Assembly (NCBI GenBank): GCA_951406725.2
Contig: OX597817.1
Location: forward strand, 47,554,001 to 47,618,000
Origin: Octopus vulgaris
Taxonomy: Eukaryota
DNA: 64,000 nt
Reading direction: 5' to 3'
The notes under the pieces are model-generated. The model made no database searches. It was not told where the DNA came from and saw only the letters and a program-made list of their open reading frames with translations. How positions within the stretch are numbered: the first letter of the stretch is position 1; each line of letters opens with the position of its first letter. Both the position numbers and the translations under genes were made by a program. This document shows, in pieces, positions 39,744-53,374 of the stretch.

Positions 39744-40112
39744 TATATGCATATATGCATATATACACATACAAATACATACATACTTATAAATATACAC
39801 ACACTCGCATACACACATACACAGATTCTCCCCACAGTCAGTCTTCTGAATAACATTTCCACCCCAACCTTTAGTCTTCACTCAGTTGCTCTTCCTTGCT
39901 CTCTCCCTCCCTCCCCATCTATCCATCAATCTATCTATCTCTATCAATCTATCTTACCCCACACACACTCAAACTTACGCAATTCACACACACAAACTCT
40001 CTCCTATGAGAAGATTCTCTTTCTGCCAAGAATTCTTCATTTATAACAGCAATTTATAATTATCATCACTTATCTTCAGCCAAAAACTTCAATTCACTAT
40101 TACTACTACTAC

Positions 40113-40146
<34 letters not shown>

Positions 40147-41099
40147 GTTGTTGTTTTTGTTTTTGTTGTTGATCTTGTTCTCATTGTTCTTGTTATTTAT
40201 GTTGCTATTAAGTGCTTTTAGTTGTTTTCCATTTGTTGTTAGCCAGACTGGTCAACTTCGTTAATAAATGACTTCGAAGTCCACCCTGACATCCCGACAC
40301 CCTACAGCCACCACCTAGCTTAATTTTTAATAGGGGAGAGGGCAGGATGGGTTCCATTTCTTGGATTCTGACTGGCCACTGTAGTTTCAGTTAGCCAAAG
40401 ACAAACACAATTCACTGATAATGCCATGGTTTAATGTTCTTTTAATTGAATAAATGAATTGAACTGTTCGAGATTTCATTTCATTATATGTTTCCAAGAT
40501 TATATGTTTCCATTCTTTTTTGTCCTGTTTTTAATTATTATTTTTTTTTTGGTTTTAGTTTTTGCCTTGTTTAGCCATATTTTTGTTTTTATTTCATTTA
40601 TTTCATCTAATTCATTTTTGCTCAATTCTAAATGACTAATTTAGATAGATACCGGTGCCAAAGATGGTACAATGGAAGAGACAAATGTGTATGAGGAATA
40701 CTGATAACAGCAGCTACTTTTAACTATACTTGGATACCTCTCATTTTGTTTCACTGTCTCCTAAAGGAAATCATCATCATTATCATCATCATTTTAATAT
40801 CCACTGTTCCAGGCTTTCATGGGTCAGACGGAATTTATTGAGACAGATTTTCTACAGCCAGGATGCCCTTCCTGTTGCTAACCCTTACCTGTTTCCAAGC
40901 AAGGTAATATTCTGTTTCTGCAGAATATTGGAAACAAATGAAAATTCATTTCCAACATTACATGATGTCGAGTCGAGACACAAACATAAGCACACTCATG
41001 CTTGTGAGAAAGGATCTGCAAACACTGGGACCCACCGAAAGGACAACAGGGAACCAAGACACCTGGCAGTTTGCTGTGCTTGAAAAGTGTTGTTACAAC

Positions 41100-41142
<43 letters not shown>

Positions 41143-42403
41143 ACTCTTTAACATCCATTTTCATTTTCAATGCTGGCATGGGTTGGACGGTTTGACTAGA
41201 GCTGTCAAGCTGGAAAGCTGCACCAGGTTCCAGTCTGATTTGGCATGGTTTCTACAGCTGGATGCCCTTCCTAACAACTTCACATCTTGATGTGGAGAAA
41301 AATGAAAATGAAGGGGGGGAGCAAGAGGGTTGTGAAGGAGAACTTAGAATGACAGGAAGAGGTAGATGCAATCAGGCGGCTTTTGATAAAACCTCATAGG
41401 TAAATTTTATATACTAAATTTATAATAATTATATTCATAGGTGCAGGAGAGGCTGTGTGGTAAGTAGCTTGCTTACCAACCACATGATTCCAGGTTCAGT
41501 CCCACTGCATGGCACCTTAGGCAAGTGTTTTCTACTATAGCCTCAGGCCAACCAAAACCTTATGAGTGGATTTGGTAGACAGAAACTGAGAGAAGCCTGC
41601 TGTATATATACACATATATATACATATATATATATGTATATATATACACACATATATATATATGTATGTATATATATACACACATATATATATATATATG
41701 TATGTATATATATATATATATAATACAAAATGGGACAAGAACGCAAAACATCCAGACAGTTAGGTGATACAAGAAAGGGACAACAAAGCATCTAGATAGA
41801 TGATACAAAGAAAACAAGGATGGGTCATTCGGAGCTTTCTTTCCTCAGTTGAGTTCCAGATTATCTTTGCAATTTCGGCTGGTTATACTCCAGCCCCAAG
41901 GAAAAACTAAGCAAAGAGCATCAGATTCCTTGGAAGAAAGCAGTAAATGTATACGAAAACAAGGGCGGAAAAAACGTCTGTGTTTGTCCCCCCAACATTG
42001 CTTGACAACCAATGCTGATGTGTTTACATCCCCGTAACTTAGCAGTTCAGCAAGAGTGACTGATAGAATAAGTACTAGGCTTACAAAGAATAAGTCCTGG
42101 GGTCAATTTGCTCAACTTAAGGCAGTGCTCCAGCATGGCCACAGTCAAATGACAGAAAAGAATAAAAAAGAATAATTATATCAAAGGGATCAGGAAAAGC
42201 CTTCTCCAACACGTTAAAAATAGATGCCAAATGGCACTAAAAAACTGCCATTTAACTCCTACAACACATGTTGTAAGCAGGCAAATGAAAAATAATAAAT
42301 AAAACTTTGTAGTTAATTGCATATACTAGCTTTAAAATTGTGTATACTAGCTTAAAACTGCCCAATCAGGTGGTTTTAAAGCTAGTATGTAGCTTTTAAG
42401 CAA

Positions 42404-43183
42404 CTAACCCAAATGGGAAGATCTGCAAACAGATCTCCGACTTGTTTTGGAGAATTTGTTGCAATTGCTTCCTCTAGAGTCATATCACAATGATAATCAT
42501 ATTCGTCGCACAAAACCACGTAACAACATTACCAAAAATAATCACTGGATATCGCAGTTAATTTCAATTATTCCCAAAATTTATTTCCAAGTTATAAAAA
42601 TTGTTATGGTACCAAAAAATTTGCCGCAAAAAGTCATGTTAAAAAAATCACCATAAAGAATCGCAGTAATGAAAACTTTGGAATCCAAAATTTCAGGATT
42701 GTGAGTCCGGATTTGGCCCAGAATGTTTTTAATTTACTCACGGAGTCAGACTTTAGATTATAAAAATTGTTATCACACAAAAAAATTTGTCGCAAGGAAT
42801 CATGTAAAAAAAATTGCCATAAACAATCACGATAGTGAAAACTTGGGAATCCAAAATTTCAGGATTGTGGGTTCAGATTAGGCCCAGAATATTTTTAATT
42901 TACTCACAGAGTCAGCCTTTAGATTATAAAAATTGTTATTGTACAAAAAAATTAATCACAAGAAATCAGGTAGAAAATTCGCCAAAATCAATCGCAGTAA
43001 TGAAAACTTAGGAATCAAAGATTTCAAGATCGCGGGTCCAAATTTGGCCCAGAATGTTTTTAATTTACTCACGAATTCCATCTGATTCCAAAATGTTATG
43101 ATATGTTGAGCTACGACATCTAGGTGTAAAGTTGAAAAAGTGTGACAAGCTGACACACTGACATTCACATTTATTATATCAGA
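42404..43183 (-). mobile_element. Non-autonomous Helitron with internal tandem array
   Basis: Minus strand starts A|TCTGATATAATAAA; subterminal hairpin GAGATCTG-TTTG-CAGATCTT; ends about 11 nt later in TTAG|T (degenerate CTAG). Confidence 0.65.
42592..43075. repeat. 166-bp tandem repeat, ~3 diverged copies
   Basis: ttataaaaattgttat recurs at 42592, 42758 and 42924. Confidence 0.9.
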
Positions 43184-43878
43184 TGTAAAGAAGTGGTTGG
43201 TATATTAGTTAACTATTTCTCTAACAAATCACAAAGATCAAGTAAGCATAAAGATCCAGTAAGTTTTACCCTCATGTCATGACAATGGAAGCTGAAGATG
43301 CTGGTCTATCACAAATATATTTTCCCCGAGACAGGAATTAGCTAACAAGTGTAACATTTATCAATTCCTAACAGCAAATTCTATCATCGTCTGCTCAGTG
43401 TGCCGTAGCCATTAAGTGCCACTGATGTCTTTCTTCACAAGATTTTGATACAATAGTCCACAAGACAATACTCTACAGCCAGAACAGTTCATTTTCAACA
43501 GAGCGGACTGGGACAGTGTAACAGGAAGTGCTTGATTCCAGAACACAACACACCACCCAGTACAGAAATTGAACCCATAACCATATGATCTTGAGTGCAA
43601 CAGCTTATGCCAACACTAGGACCTGTGCCTTAATGAATTACGCAACACATGGTATGAATTTAGAGCGACATTAACTCTAGGTGCCAGTGACACAGCTACT
43701 AATCACCATATTTTCTGCCACCTGTCTGCTACCTGTCCAGTGTCTTTCTTAGGCTGAGATTATTAACAAGACAGACTGGCACTCCGTCAGTTATGACAAC
43801 GAGGGTTCCAGTTGATCCAATCAACCAAAAGACTTGCTTATGTGCAAGTGGCTGAGTATTCCACAGACAGGAATACCC

Positions 43879-44110
43879 TTAACTCTTAATGTTCAGATGA
43901 TTCTATCAAACATAATGCTTATTGATTCACATTGATTTGAATTAATCACTTATTATCTCATATCTTCAAGATCTTGATGGTGCAATTACTTGATGTAGAA
44001 TAACATTGTAGGGTAGGTGTGAGAGCTTGGATCTGGTCAGTTTGGATCTGGTCATAAAACAGATGAAATATTTTGGCCGGATTTGGCCATTTTAAATACA
44101 AAGGGGTTAA
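43879..44110. mobile_element. TTAA-flanked MITE of a second family (inverted partial copy at ~125-301)
   Basis: TTAA|CTCTT ... AGGGG|TTAA; the internal gtagggtaggtgtgaga is the reverse complement of tctcacacctaccctac at ~155. Confidence 0.65.
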
Positions 44111-44132
44111 CCAAAGGGTACTTCTTATGTGA

Positions 44133-44450
44133 AGGTGCATGGCTCCATGGTTAGAGCATCGAGCTTACAATCGTGAGATTGTCAGTTCAAATCCCGGACC
44201 AGGCTGCGTGTTGTGTTCTTGAGCAAGACACTTTATTTCATGTTGGTCCAGTTCACTCAACTGTAGAAATGAGTTGCAACGTCACAGGTGCCAAGCTGTA
44301 TCGGCCATTGCCTTTCCCTTGGATAACACTGGTGGCATGGAGAGGGGAGGCCAGTATGCACGGGCAACTACCGGTCTTCCATAAACAACCTTGCCCGGAC
44401 TCCCGGACTTGTGCCTGGGAGGGTAACTTTCTAATCCCACCGTCAGTCAT
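44133..44450 (+). mobile_element. Additional tRNA-derived SINE family (heads with TGGCT..GTGGTTAG / GTTC.A.TCC / TTGAGCAA.ACACTT)
   Basis: Pol III box-like motifs; related heads at ~6290-6485(-), 23790-23975(-), 29515-29750(+) and 44475-44675(-). Confidence 0.6.
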
Positions 44451-45461
44451 GACTGAAGGGGGGTCTCAGCACTTCTCAGGGATATTCAGGGTGGCACAGA
44501 CTGTGATATGGCTGGCCCTTTGAAATACAGCTACTACTCATTTTTGCCAGTAGCATGGACTGGAGCAATGTGAAGTAAAGTGTCTTGATTAAGGACACAA
44601 CACAATGCTGGGAATCAAACTCATGACATTACAACAGTGACCTGAATACCCTTACCATTGAGCCATGCACCTTCATGATTAACCAAACTAAATCCATGGG
44701 AAATATAGAAAACCTTGAGACAAAACAAAATCAATTGATTTGAAAATGGAAAAAAATGGAAAATGAAAAACAAAACTGACAAATTAAGACCAAAGGCCAC
44801 TGGTGGTGCCCCAGTATGGCCACAGCCTTAGGGCTGAAGCATATAAAAGAAAAAAAGAATATAGGGTTAACTCAAACAGGATTTGAACTTCCGACAATCA
44901 GGTAACAAACTATATAAAAAGTAAACTATCTTGCCCATTGTCTGCTTGCTACCTTTGCCATCCATCACCTATCGACATCATAGGAATGATGGGAAAAAAT
45001 GAATAAAAAACGGTGAAGTGAATCTACAACAACATCCACCACCACCACCACCACGAACATCACTGCCAACATCACCACTGCCATCATCACCATCACTGCC
45101 ATCATCACCAACATCATCTTCCAAGACTTCTTCTGTTGCGAATGTTTGACAACAGCCTTCTGTACTAAAGTTGAGTTAACCTCAGTGCAGAAATAACCGA
45201 AAAACTATAAACATGATAATGAGTTTCACACAATATGTCTAAAATGAATGGCAAAATGCTGTTAAGATTTCTTTGATACCCAGAGACAAAACAATAATGA
45301 TAATAACAACAATAATAATAATAATAATTATATGATGTAATAAAATTATATAAAATATTAAAACAAAAAACAGCAAAGACAACAACAGTAAAATGCAAGT
45401 AATTCGTGAAACATTTTTTCTTTTTTCCCTAAGCTTTACCTTCATGTTTTCTCTCTCTCTA

Positions 45462-45509
<48 letters not shown>

Positions 45510-47776
45510 CACACACATAATTTATATATATACATGATTTATATTTGTATATATATACATAATTTATATTTGTATATATATACATAATTTATATACATAT
45601 ATATATATGTATATACACATAATTTTATATATATATATATATGTATATACACATAATTTATATACATATATATACACACATAATATATATATATACACAC
45701 AATTTATATACATATATATACATATGTATATATATTATATATTTAGTCTCTTGAGATATCTTCCCTCTCCCTTTGTAAATATATATATGTGTCTGTGTAC
45801 ACACACACACACACATATATATATATGCTCTATTTCTCTGTATATAGAGATATTTATAGACCCTCAGTCTCTCTCTCTCTCTCTCTCTCACTCCAATACT
45901 TCCAGTCCCAAGAGATAAGGTAGTGTTAAGCAGAGCAAAATGGAATTGGTACGAAACAATGGCATGAAACAGCGGCAACAGACTCACACATGAAGAGAGT
46001 TAATCAGTTACTAACAGTGAGACTTATACTACAAGACCACCACCAGCACCAAATACGCTACCAAAATCACAATGCCAACATCAACAGAATAATCCACATA
46101 TTTTCATCATCATCATCATCAATATCATCACCACCATAGTCAAAACCTGAATCACCACCCCGGAAAAAAAAATCCTCCAAAGTAGTAACAATTGTAATAA
46201 TCATTTTTGTTGTTGTTGTTGTTGCTAGTAGTACCAGCACAACTAAGCAAGTTCTAATAAAACATATTAATAACGATGAAAGGAAAAGTCATCTAGTGAT
46301 TACTTCCAGGCAATATGGTAGCAGTTACAATGTCTGAACAATAGTTTGTTTACAATTTGTTACGAAAGAAAGACAAAAAAAAAAATAACAGGCAGGAAAT
46401 AATTTTGTCTACTTTTTTTTAAACATTTTTTAATTTTTTCCAATATTTCTTCTTTTTTTTATGGCCAAGAAAAGCAGGCTGGTTATTCTTTATTTTTTTA
46501 ATATTTTTTATGTGTTTTAGTCTGGTGGCCATGGCAAAAGAGACTGCTGTAGAGTAGACAAGGTTAAATGGACTAAAAACAGACACTTTTTTATTTGGTC
46601 CAGTTACACTTGGATAAAAAGGTAAGAAGAGAAAGGTAGGGGGAACAAAAAAGTAAGGATTTGGAGTGAATATGTTGTAAAGGTGAGACAGGAATGGCCT
46701 ACAGTAATGGGCTTGCTCTCAAAATGCTTGAAGATTGGTGAACCCAAATGAAGTAGTAAATTTGCTCTTGGTGGTTAGGGTAAGCCTGATTTGTGGGGTT
46801 CATTGATTAGACTTAAATGGTGTCTCGCTAGACCAGGGTTTCCCAACCAGGGGTGCTCACACCCCTTGGGGGTGCAAGATAGCATTCCAAGGTGTGCAAG
46901 GAGGACTGGATTTATAGGGGGGGGGTCAAAGAGGGCAATTGCCCCGGGCACCTTTATTCTTATATAAGTTATTACTTTAAGGGGTGCGAGAATATATTAA
47001 AAGTTTTTAGGGGTGCAGTGAACCACTGCTATAGTCAGTCTCACACAAATATTCTCTCTCTCTCTCTCACTCTTTGACCTCAAATATCTTAATCTTTCTT
47101 TCCTTCTCTCTACCTTCCTTCCCCTCTCTCTCCGTCTCTCTCTCCACTCCCTCCCTTTATATATTTCTCTTTGTGTGTGAGGAGAGGAAAAATGTTCATG
47201 TCAATCCTGTTCAATCATTAAATTGTAATCTCTTTTTCTCTTCTCTCTCGCCGTTTCTCTTCTCCCTTCTCTTCTCTTCTCCTTATGTGTATATTTCTCC
47301 ATATTTGTGTGAGTGTGTATGTATATCTGTGCATGTGTATTTGCTTCCAGCACCCAAAAATGCCATCCAGTCATTCATGCCAAATCATTTGTGTCCAAAG
47401 AGCCACGCCTAATCATCTCATTCCACTCTAAAAATTCTTCAAGGTAGTTCTCCAGCATGGCCACAGTCTAATGACTGAAACAAGTAAAAGAAGATAAAAA
47501 AGATAAATTTCTAAATTTCCACCAAAAAATGACAACTACATTAGGGTGGAGCAAACTGATAAAATGCAAGGCTTTTATATACCCATCCTAAGTTTTTGTC
47601 CCACCCCTGCAACCTAGTCATTTATATAGTTCCACTGTGGTTGGAATTATACAGTGGAACCATGTCAGTCACAAAGTTGAAGCCGTGTGACAAAAATGTT
47701 GATACCTCATGAAATTAATTCAAACTTAAAGGAAATTTAATGACTTTATGTGTCATTAAATGATTCTTCCACAATG

Positions 47777-48950
47777 TATCAGGTCATTAAGAATTAAATC
47801 TTCGATTTTCTTATGTACCAAGTTTGATAATCGATAACTCTAATGTTTTATCCTGACAATTCTTTGTTTTACAACATTGAAGAGTTACATCATCACTTTT
47901 CGAAATGCAGTCCATGGTGTCTGATAATATTGTGAGTTTTCTCTTGTAAATTAATTTTTGTGAACCCATTGATAGATCAAAAATGCATGCTGTTTATGAA
48001 TACGAGTTTCGTTGTGGAACCAATGCATCTCAGACAGCTCGAAGCATCAATCAGGTGTTTGGTGAAGATGTGGCAAATGAGTGCACTGTACATCGATGGT
48101 TTGACAAGTTCTGGTCTGGTGAGTTTACTCTTGAAACTCAGCCCCGTGGTTGCCCCGAGACCAAGGTGGATAATGATAAGCTGGAAACTGTAGTGGAAGT
48201 GAATATTTCTAAAACTACACTCAAGTTAGCAGCAAGGTTTGATGCTTTGATTCCAACTGTATTGGACCATCTGAAACAAATCAGCAAAGAAGCTGGATAA
48301 GTGGGTATCACACGGACTAACCGAGCATCAGATGACACATCATCTTGAAACTTGCTGTCTTTTGCTGTCATGGGATAAAAGTGAACCATTTTAGAATCAT
48401 ATTGTTACAGGTGGTGAAAAATGGATTGTTTTCAACAATAGCAAGCGTTCTGCACAGTGGTTGGGTAGAGACGAAGTGCCAAAGGACAATCCAAATAAGA
48501 ATATCCACCAAAAAAAGCTAATGGTGTCTGTTTGGTGGTCCAGTGCTGGTTTCATCCACTACAACTTCATGATACCTGGTAAGTCAATTACAACAAATGT
48601 ATACATCAATGAAATAATGAGTGATCTTGCAATTAAACAACTGAGATTGGTCAATAGAGACAGGCCAATTCTCTTGCAAGACAATGCTTGACCACATATG
48701 GCGCAAAGAACGCTACTCAAGTTACAGGAACTGAACTTGGAAGTACTGCCATCCACCATATTCACCAGACCTTGGACCAACTGGCTATCACATTTTCCAG
48801 GCATTAGACAACTTTTTGCAAGGAAAAACTTCAAATCTGAAGAAGATGCAAAAACAGCCCTTCGTGATTTCATCACTTCTTGCTCTCCAGAACTCTTTGC
48901 TGCTGGCATAAATAAAATACCGATAAAATGGCAAAAACTGTGTTGTAACT
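47777..48950 (+). pseudogene. Mariner (DD34D-type) transposase pseudogene
   Basis: N-terminal HTH YEFRCGTNASQTARSINQVFGEDVANECTVHRWF..F.SG..LE.QPRG.P; IVTGGEKW; HQKKLMVSVWW; ILLQDNA*PH; degenerate PYSPDL. Multiple stops and frameshifts; the 3' end abuts a SINE. Confidence 0.9.
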
Positions 48951-50899
48951 GTATTGTTTTTTTTGCTGAGATGAAAGGCAAAGTCAACCTCAGCAGAATT
49001 TGAACTCAGAATGTAAAGACACACAAAATACCTATTTCTTTACTACCCACAAGAGGCTAAACAGAGAGAGGACAAACAAAACGGATTAAGTTGATTACAT
49101 CGACCCCAGCATGTAACTGTTTCTTAATTTATCGATCCTGAAAGGATGAAAGGCAAAGTCGACCTCGGCAGAATTTGAACTCAGAGCGTAGCAGCAGATG
49201 AAATACTGCTAAGCATTTCGCCCGGCGTGCTAACGTTTCTGCCAGCTCACTGAATTTTACAAACACTTAGTATTGTGGCTTACTTTCACCTCAAAACTTC
49301 TCTTGTTTTTGCATCACTAGGAAGACAGAATCAATGGTACTATCACCAGCCACAAAGCCAAACTGCATCTCATCTAGTTTAATTCTGTTCGTAATTAATT
49401 GAAACATAACTCTTTCTGTTACTTTCATGACCTGGTCCAGCTATTTGATACTCCTGCATATATCTCTCCCCCTCCTCTCTCTCTCTCTCAAAGACATCTC
49501 CTTTACCCTTGTAACAATTAACTATAAATGCTGCTATACCCGTCACTGTGTATGGCACTTACCTTTACAACCTGAGCAAACTAGACAGGTATCTGCATGC
49601 ATTCTACTCTGTCAGAGATTTTAAGCATCTCAGCAGTAAAATATATATATACATATATGTACATGCATATATATACATATTTATATACATTATATATATA
49701 TATATATACATACAGTATACACATGCACACATATATATGCACATACATATAAACATATATATACATACAGTTTACACATACACACATATATATATGCACA
49801 TACAAACATATGTATACACATACTCACATATATATAGTATACACATGCACACATTTATATATATGTACATACATATAAACATCTATATACATACATACAT
49901 ACATACAAACATATGTATACACACATACTCATAGAAATACATCATCGTCATCATCACTATCATTTTAATATTTATTTTTCCATGTTCACATGCTTATATA
50001 CAGACACACACATCCACAAATACAGACACACACACATCCACAAATACACACACAAAAGTGAAACCACTTACATTATATTGCAATAGCAATATTAACAACA
50101 ACAACAACAACAACAGCAACAACAACAACAACAACAATCAAAAACTACAACTAGTACAGACAATATGATTAACAGCAGCTCGAAATAACGTGATTAATAA
50201 TATGATTAACAGTATGAAATCATAAGATTAACAGTATGATATAACGTGATTACAAAATATCTTGAGACAGAAAGAAGGAAAGACGAAGAAGAAAAATATA
50301 AAAGAAAAAGAAAAACAGAAGTAAGAAGGAAAACGCTTCTTAAAGTGAGAATAATAAACAAGAAATACTCTGACTTGAGATTCCTGTTAGTTCAGAAGTA
50401 CCGATATGGTTGGCAAATAAAAACATCAAAATTTCTTATTTGCAAACGCAAAAAAAAAAATTGGCTTTTTTTTTTTTTTGTGTGTGTGTTTTTTGTCGTA
50501 GAGTTATTATTTATTGCTTTCATATTATTTCTTTAAAATATTTGGCATTGTTTACAAATACACCGATACAAACATTATCAGATGTAAGAAGGCGGTATAG
50601 AGAGAGAGAGAGAGAGAGAGAGATGTGGGGGAGGGGATTAATTTCAGAGCAAAAACAAAAAATTAATAAATAATATATATGAAATAAATAAATGGATTTT
50701 GATCAGAATTTTGGATCATGAGTTTTCAGTAGTTCAATCACCTGGACTATTAAAGTTCTTTGAATTAGCATGCAAGTGGCCGAATATTCCACAGAGACAT
50801 ATGCCCTAAACATAATCCTCAAGTCAATCCAACATGACAGGGTGGCAAGATCAGACCTTTGAATTACAGATACAATCCAGCCAATGGGCTTCTTCATCT

Positions 50900-51123
50900 T
50901 CTAGTACTACAACTACTTCTAGAACTTCTTGTACTACTACTACTACTACTTCTAGAACTTCTTGTACTACTACTACTACTACTACTACTATTACTACTAC
51001 TATTACTTCTACTACTACTTCTATTACTACTTCTACTACTACTACTTCTATTACTACTTCTACTACTACAACTGCTACTACTACTTCTACTTCTTGTACT
51101 ACTACTACTTCTACTACTTCTTG

Positions 51124-51157
<34 letters not shown>

Positions 51158-51215
51158 TGTACTACTACTACTACTACGACTACTACTATTACATCATCAT
51201 CGTCATCATCATTTT
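50900..51215. repeat. Compound (TAC)n/(TTC) microsatellite grading into a (CAT)n SINE tail
   Basis: Direct inspection. Similar (TA)n/(CA)n/(TATG)n fields lie at 4120-4420, 30720-31130, 39390-39820, 45465-45830 and 62280-62910. Confidence 0.95.
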
Positions 51216-52949
51216 AATGTCCACTTTTCCATGCTTGCATGGGTTGGACAGAGTTTGTCAAGGCAGATTTTCTATGGCCAGGTACCCTTCCTGTTATCAA
51301 CCCTCGCCTGTTTCCAAGTAAGATAATGATGTGACATCAATGTGTTGTAAATAAGATTTGTTGGTGAATAACTGACACAAGGTGGAGCTGGATCATCTAC
51401 AGAAGAGTCTAATGCTTCAACACAGAACCAAGCAAATGTCTAAGAGACAAACATGAGTGTGGAAAGTAATGCAAAGTGACCAACACAGCATTTCTCCTGT
51501 GAGACAAAGAATGCCCGATCTGTGACTATACTTATGGGATAAATATGTTGATACAGACCCCTCACAAGTAGGAGATTAATAGATTAATAAATTCCATCTC
51601 AATTAGGTTGGATAGGCCCTCTCTCTATCTTTCCCACATATCTCTCTTTCTTTGTCCAACTGAGGTAGCCAAGTATCACTTTGATAGAAAGAGGGCTCCT
51701 TCAGTCCCTTTATCGTATTCTGATCTCTTGGTTCCTCTCCTTCTCTCATTTGAGGGGTCCTTGTCTTGCGAGCTCGTAGGTGTTGGTGCCATGTAAAAAG
51801 CACCTATGTTGGTACCATGTAAACAGTACCCCCGCTGATGCTACATAAAAAGTACTGGTACTATGCTGGTGTCACATATAAAGCACTGGTGTTGGTGCCA
51901 TGTGCAAAGCACCTTATACACTCTGTAAAGTGGTTGGCATTAGGAAGGGCACCCAACCATAGAAACCATGCCAAAACAGACAACTGAAACCTACTGCAAC
52001 CCATGCCAGCATGGAAAACAGATATCAAATGATGACGATAATGACAATGTTGTTGTTGCCATCTGACTAACAATTTGTTGTAACTGAGCTTGAGTATTCA
52101 AATAGCAGTATTACTGTCTTTCTATAGATCAGCTTCAACTATGCTGAGCAAAACAACTTATTTTTGTAGGCGCAGGAGTGGCTGTGTAGTAAGTAGCTTG
52201 CTTACCAACCACATGGTTCCAGGTTCAGTCCCACTGTGTGGCACCTTGGGCAAGTGTCTTCTACTATAGCCTCGGGCCGACCAAAGCCTTGTGAGTGGAT
52301 TTGGTAGACGGAAACTGAAAGAAGCCTGTCGTATATATGTATATATATGTATATATATGTATGTATATATATGTATATATATGTATGTATATATATGTAT
52401 ATATATGTATGTATATATATGTATATATATGTATCATCATCATCATCATCATTCATTTAGCGTCCGTTTTCCATGCTAGCATGGGTTGGATGGTTCAACT
52501 GGGGTCTGGGGAGCCCGAAGGCTGCACCAGGCCAGTCAGATCTGGCAGTGTTTCTACAGCTGGATGCCCTTCCTAACGCCAACCACTCCGAGAGTGTAGT
52601 GGGTGATTTTATGTGCCACCGACACAGACGAGGCTGGCGAACGGCCACGCTCGGATGGTGTTTTTTTATGTGCCACCGACACAGGTGCCAGACGAGGCTG
52701 GCAGACGGCCACGCTTGGATGGTGTTTTTATGTGCCACCGACACAGGTGCCAGATGAGGCTGGCGAATGGCCACGATCAGATGGTGTTTGTTACGTGCCC
52801 GCAGCACGGAGGCCAGTCGATGCGGTACTGGCTACGGCCACGTTCGGATGGTTTTCTTGTGTGCCACCGGCACTGGTACCACAAAGATACAAATTCCATT
52901 GATGTTCATCTATTTTGATTTGATTTGAATGTATATATATGTATGTATG

Positions 52950-52994
<45 letters not shown>

Positions 52995-53242
52995 GCATAT
53001 GTTTGTGTGTCTGTGTTTGTCCCCCACCCCCAACATCGCTTGACAACCGATGCTGGTGTGTTTACGTCCACGTAGCCTAGTGGTTCGGCAAAAGAGACCG
53101 ATAGAATAAGTACTAGGCTTACAAAGAATAAGTCCTGGGCTCGATTTGCTCAACTAAAAGGTGGTGCTCCAGCATGGCTGCAGTCAAATGACTGAAACAA
53201 GTAAAACAAAAAAAAAGAGAGATAAAAGTAGTACAAACTTAC

Positions 53243-53294
53243 TTTGTCATGGCTGGAATCTTGAAAAACTTCTTTAATCCGTAGGTTAGACAAA
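53243..53294 (-). CDS. PNPT1: PNPT1 internal coding exon, 52 nt
   Basis: ttttgttctatttcAG|TTTGTCTAACCTACGG...CATGACAAA|GTAAGT. Joins the previous exon in frame (AG+T=Ser) to give SLSNLRIKEVFQDSSHDK; compare human KLAMERLYAVFTDYEHDK. Phase 2 in, phase 0 out. Confidence 0.92.
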
Positions 53295-53315
53295 CTGAAA
53301 TAGAACAAAACTAAG

Positions 53316-53351
<36 letters not shown>

Positions 53352-53374
53352 TCATCATCATCATCGTTTAACGT

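Larger units (their letters stand above)
11511..53242 (-). other. PNPT1: About 41.7-kb GT-AG intron of PNPT1
   Basis: Bounded by GTAAGT (53242) and TTTTAG (11511). The flanking peptides HDK|ISRD are contiguous in PNPase, so no constitutive exon is missing. Confidence 0.85.

Noticed and set aside
39354-40046. Many overlapping [12 protein letters not shown] ORFs (also 3853-4513, 30719-31273, 61971-62906)
   Set aside because: These are translations of dinucleotide microsatellites, which lack stop codons.
40640-40700. Possible plus-strand exon after a T-rich tract (DTGAKDGTMEETN); similar acceptor-like site at ~26083
   Set aside because: The donor is weak or ambiguous, there is no partner exon, and the peptide is not recognisable.
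50834-51326. Mucin-like Thr/Ser or poly-Leu ORFs
   Set aside because: This is a (TAC)n compound microsatellite between two repeats.
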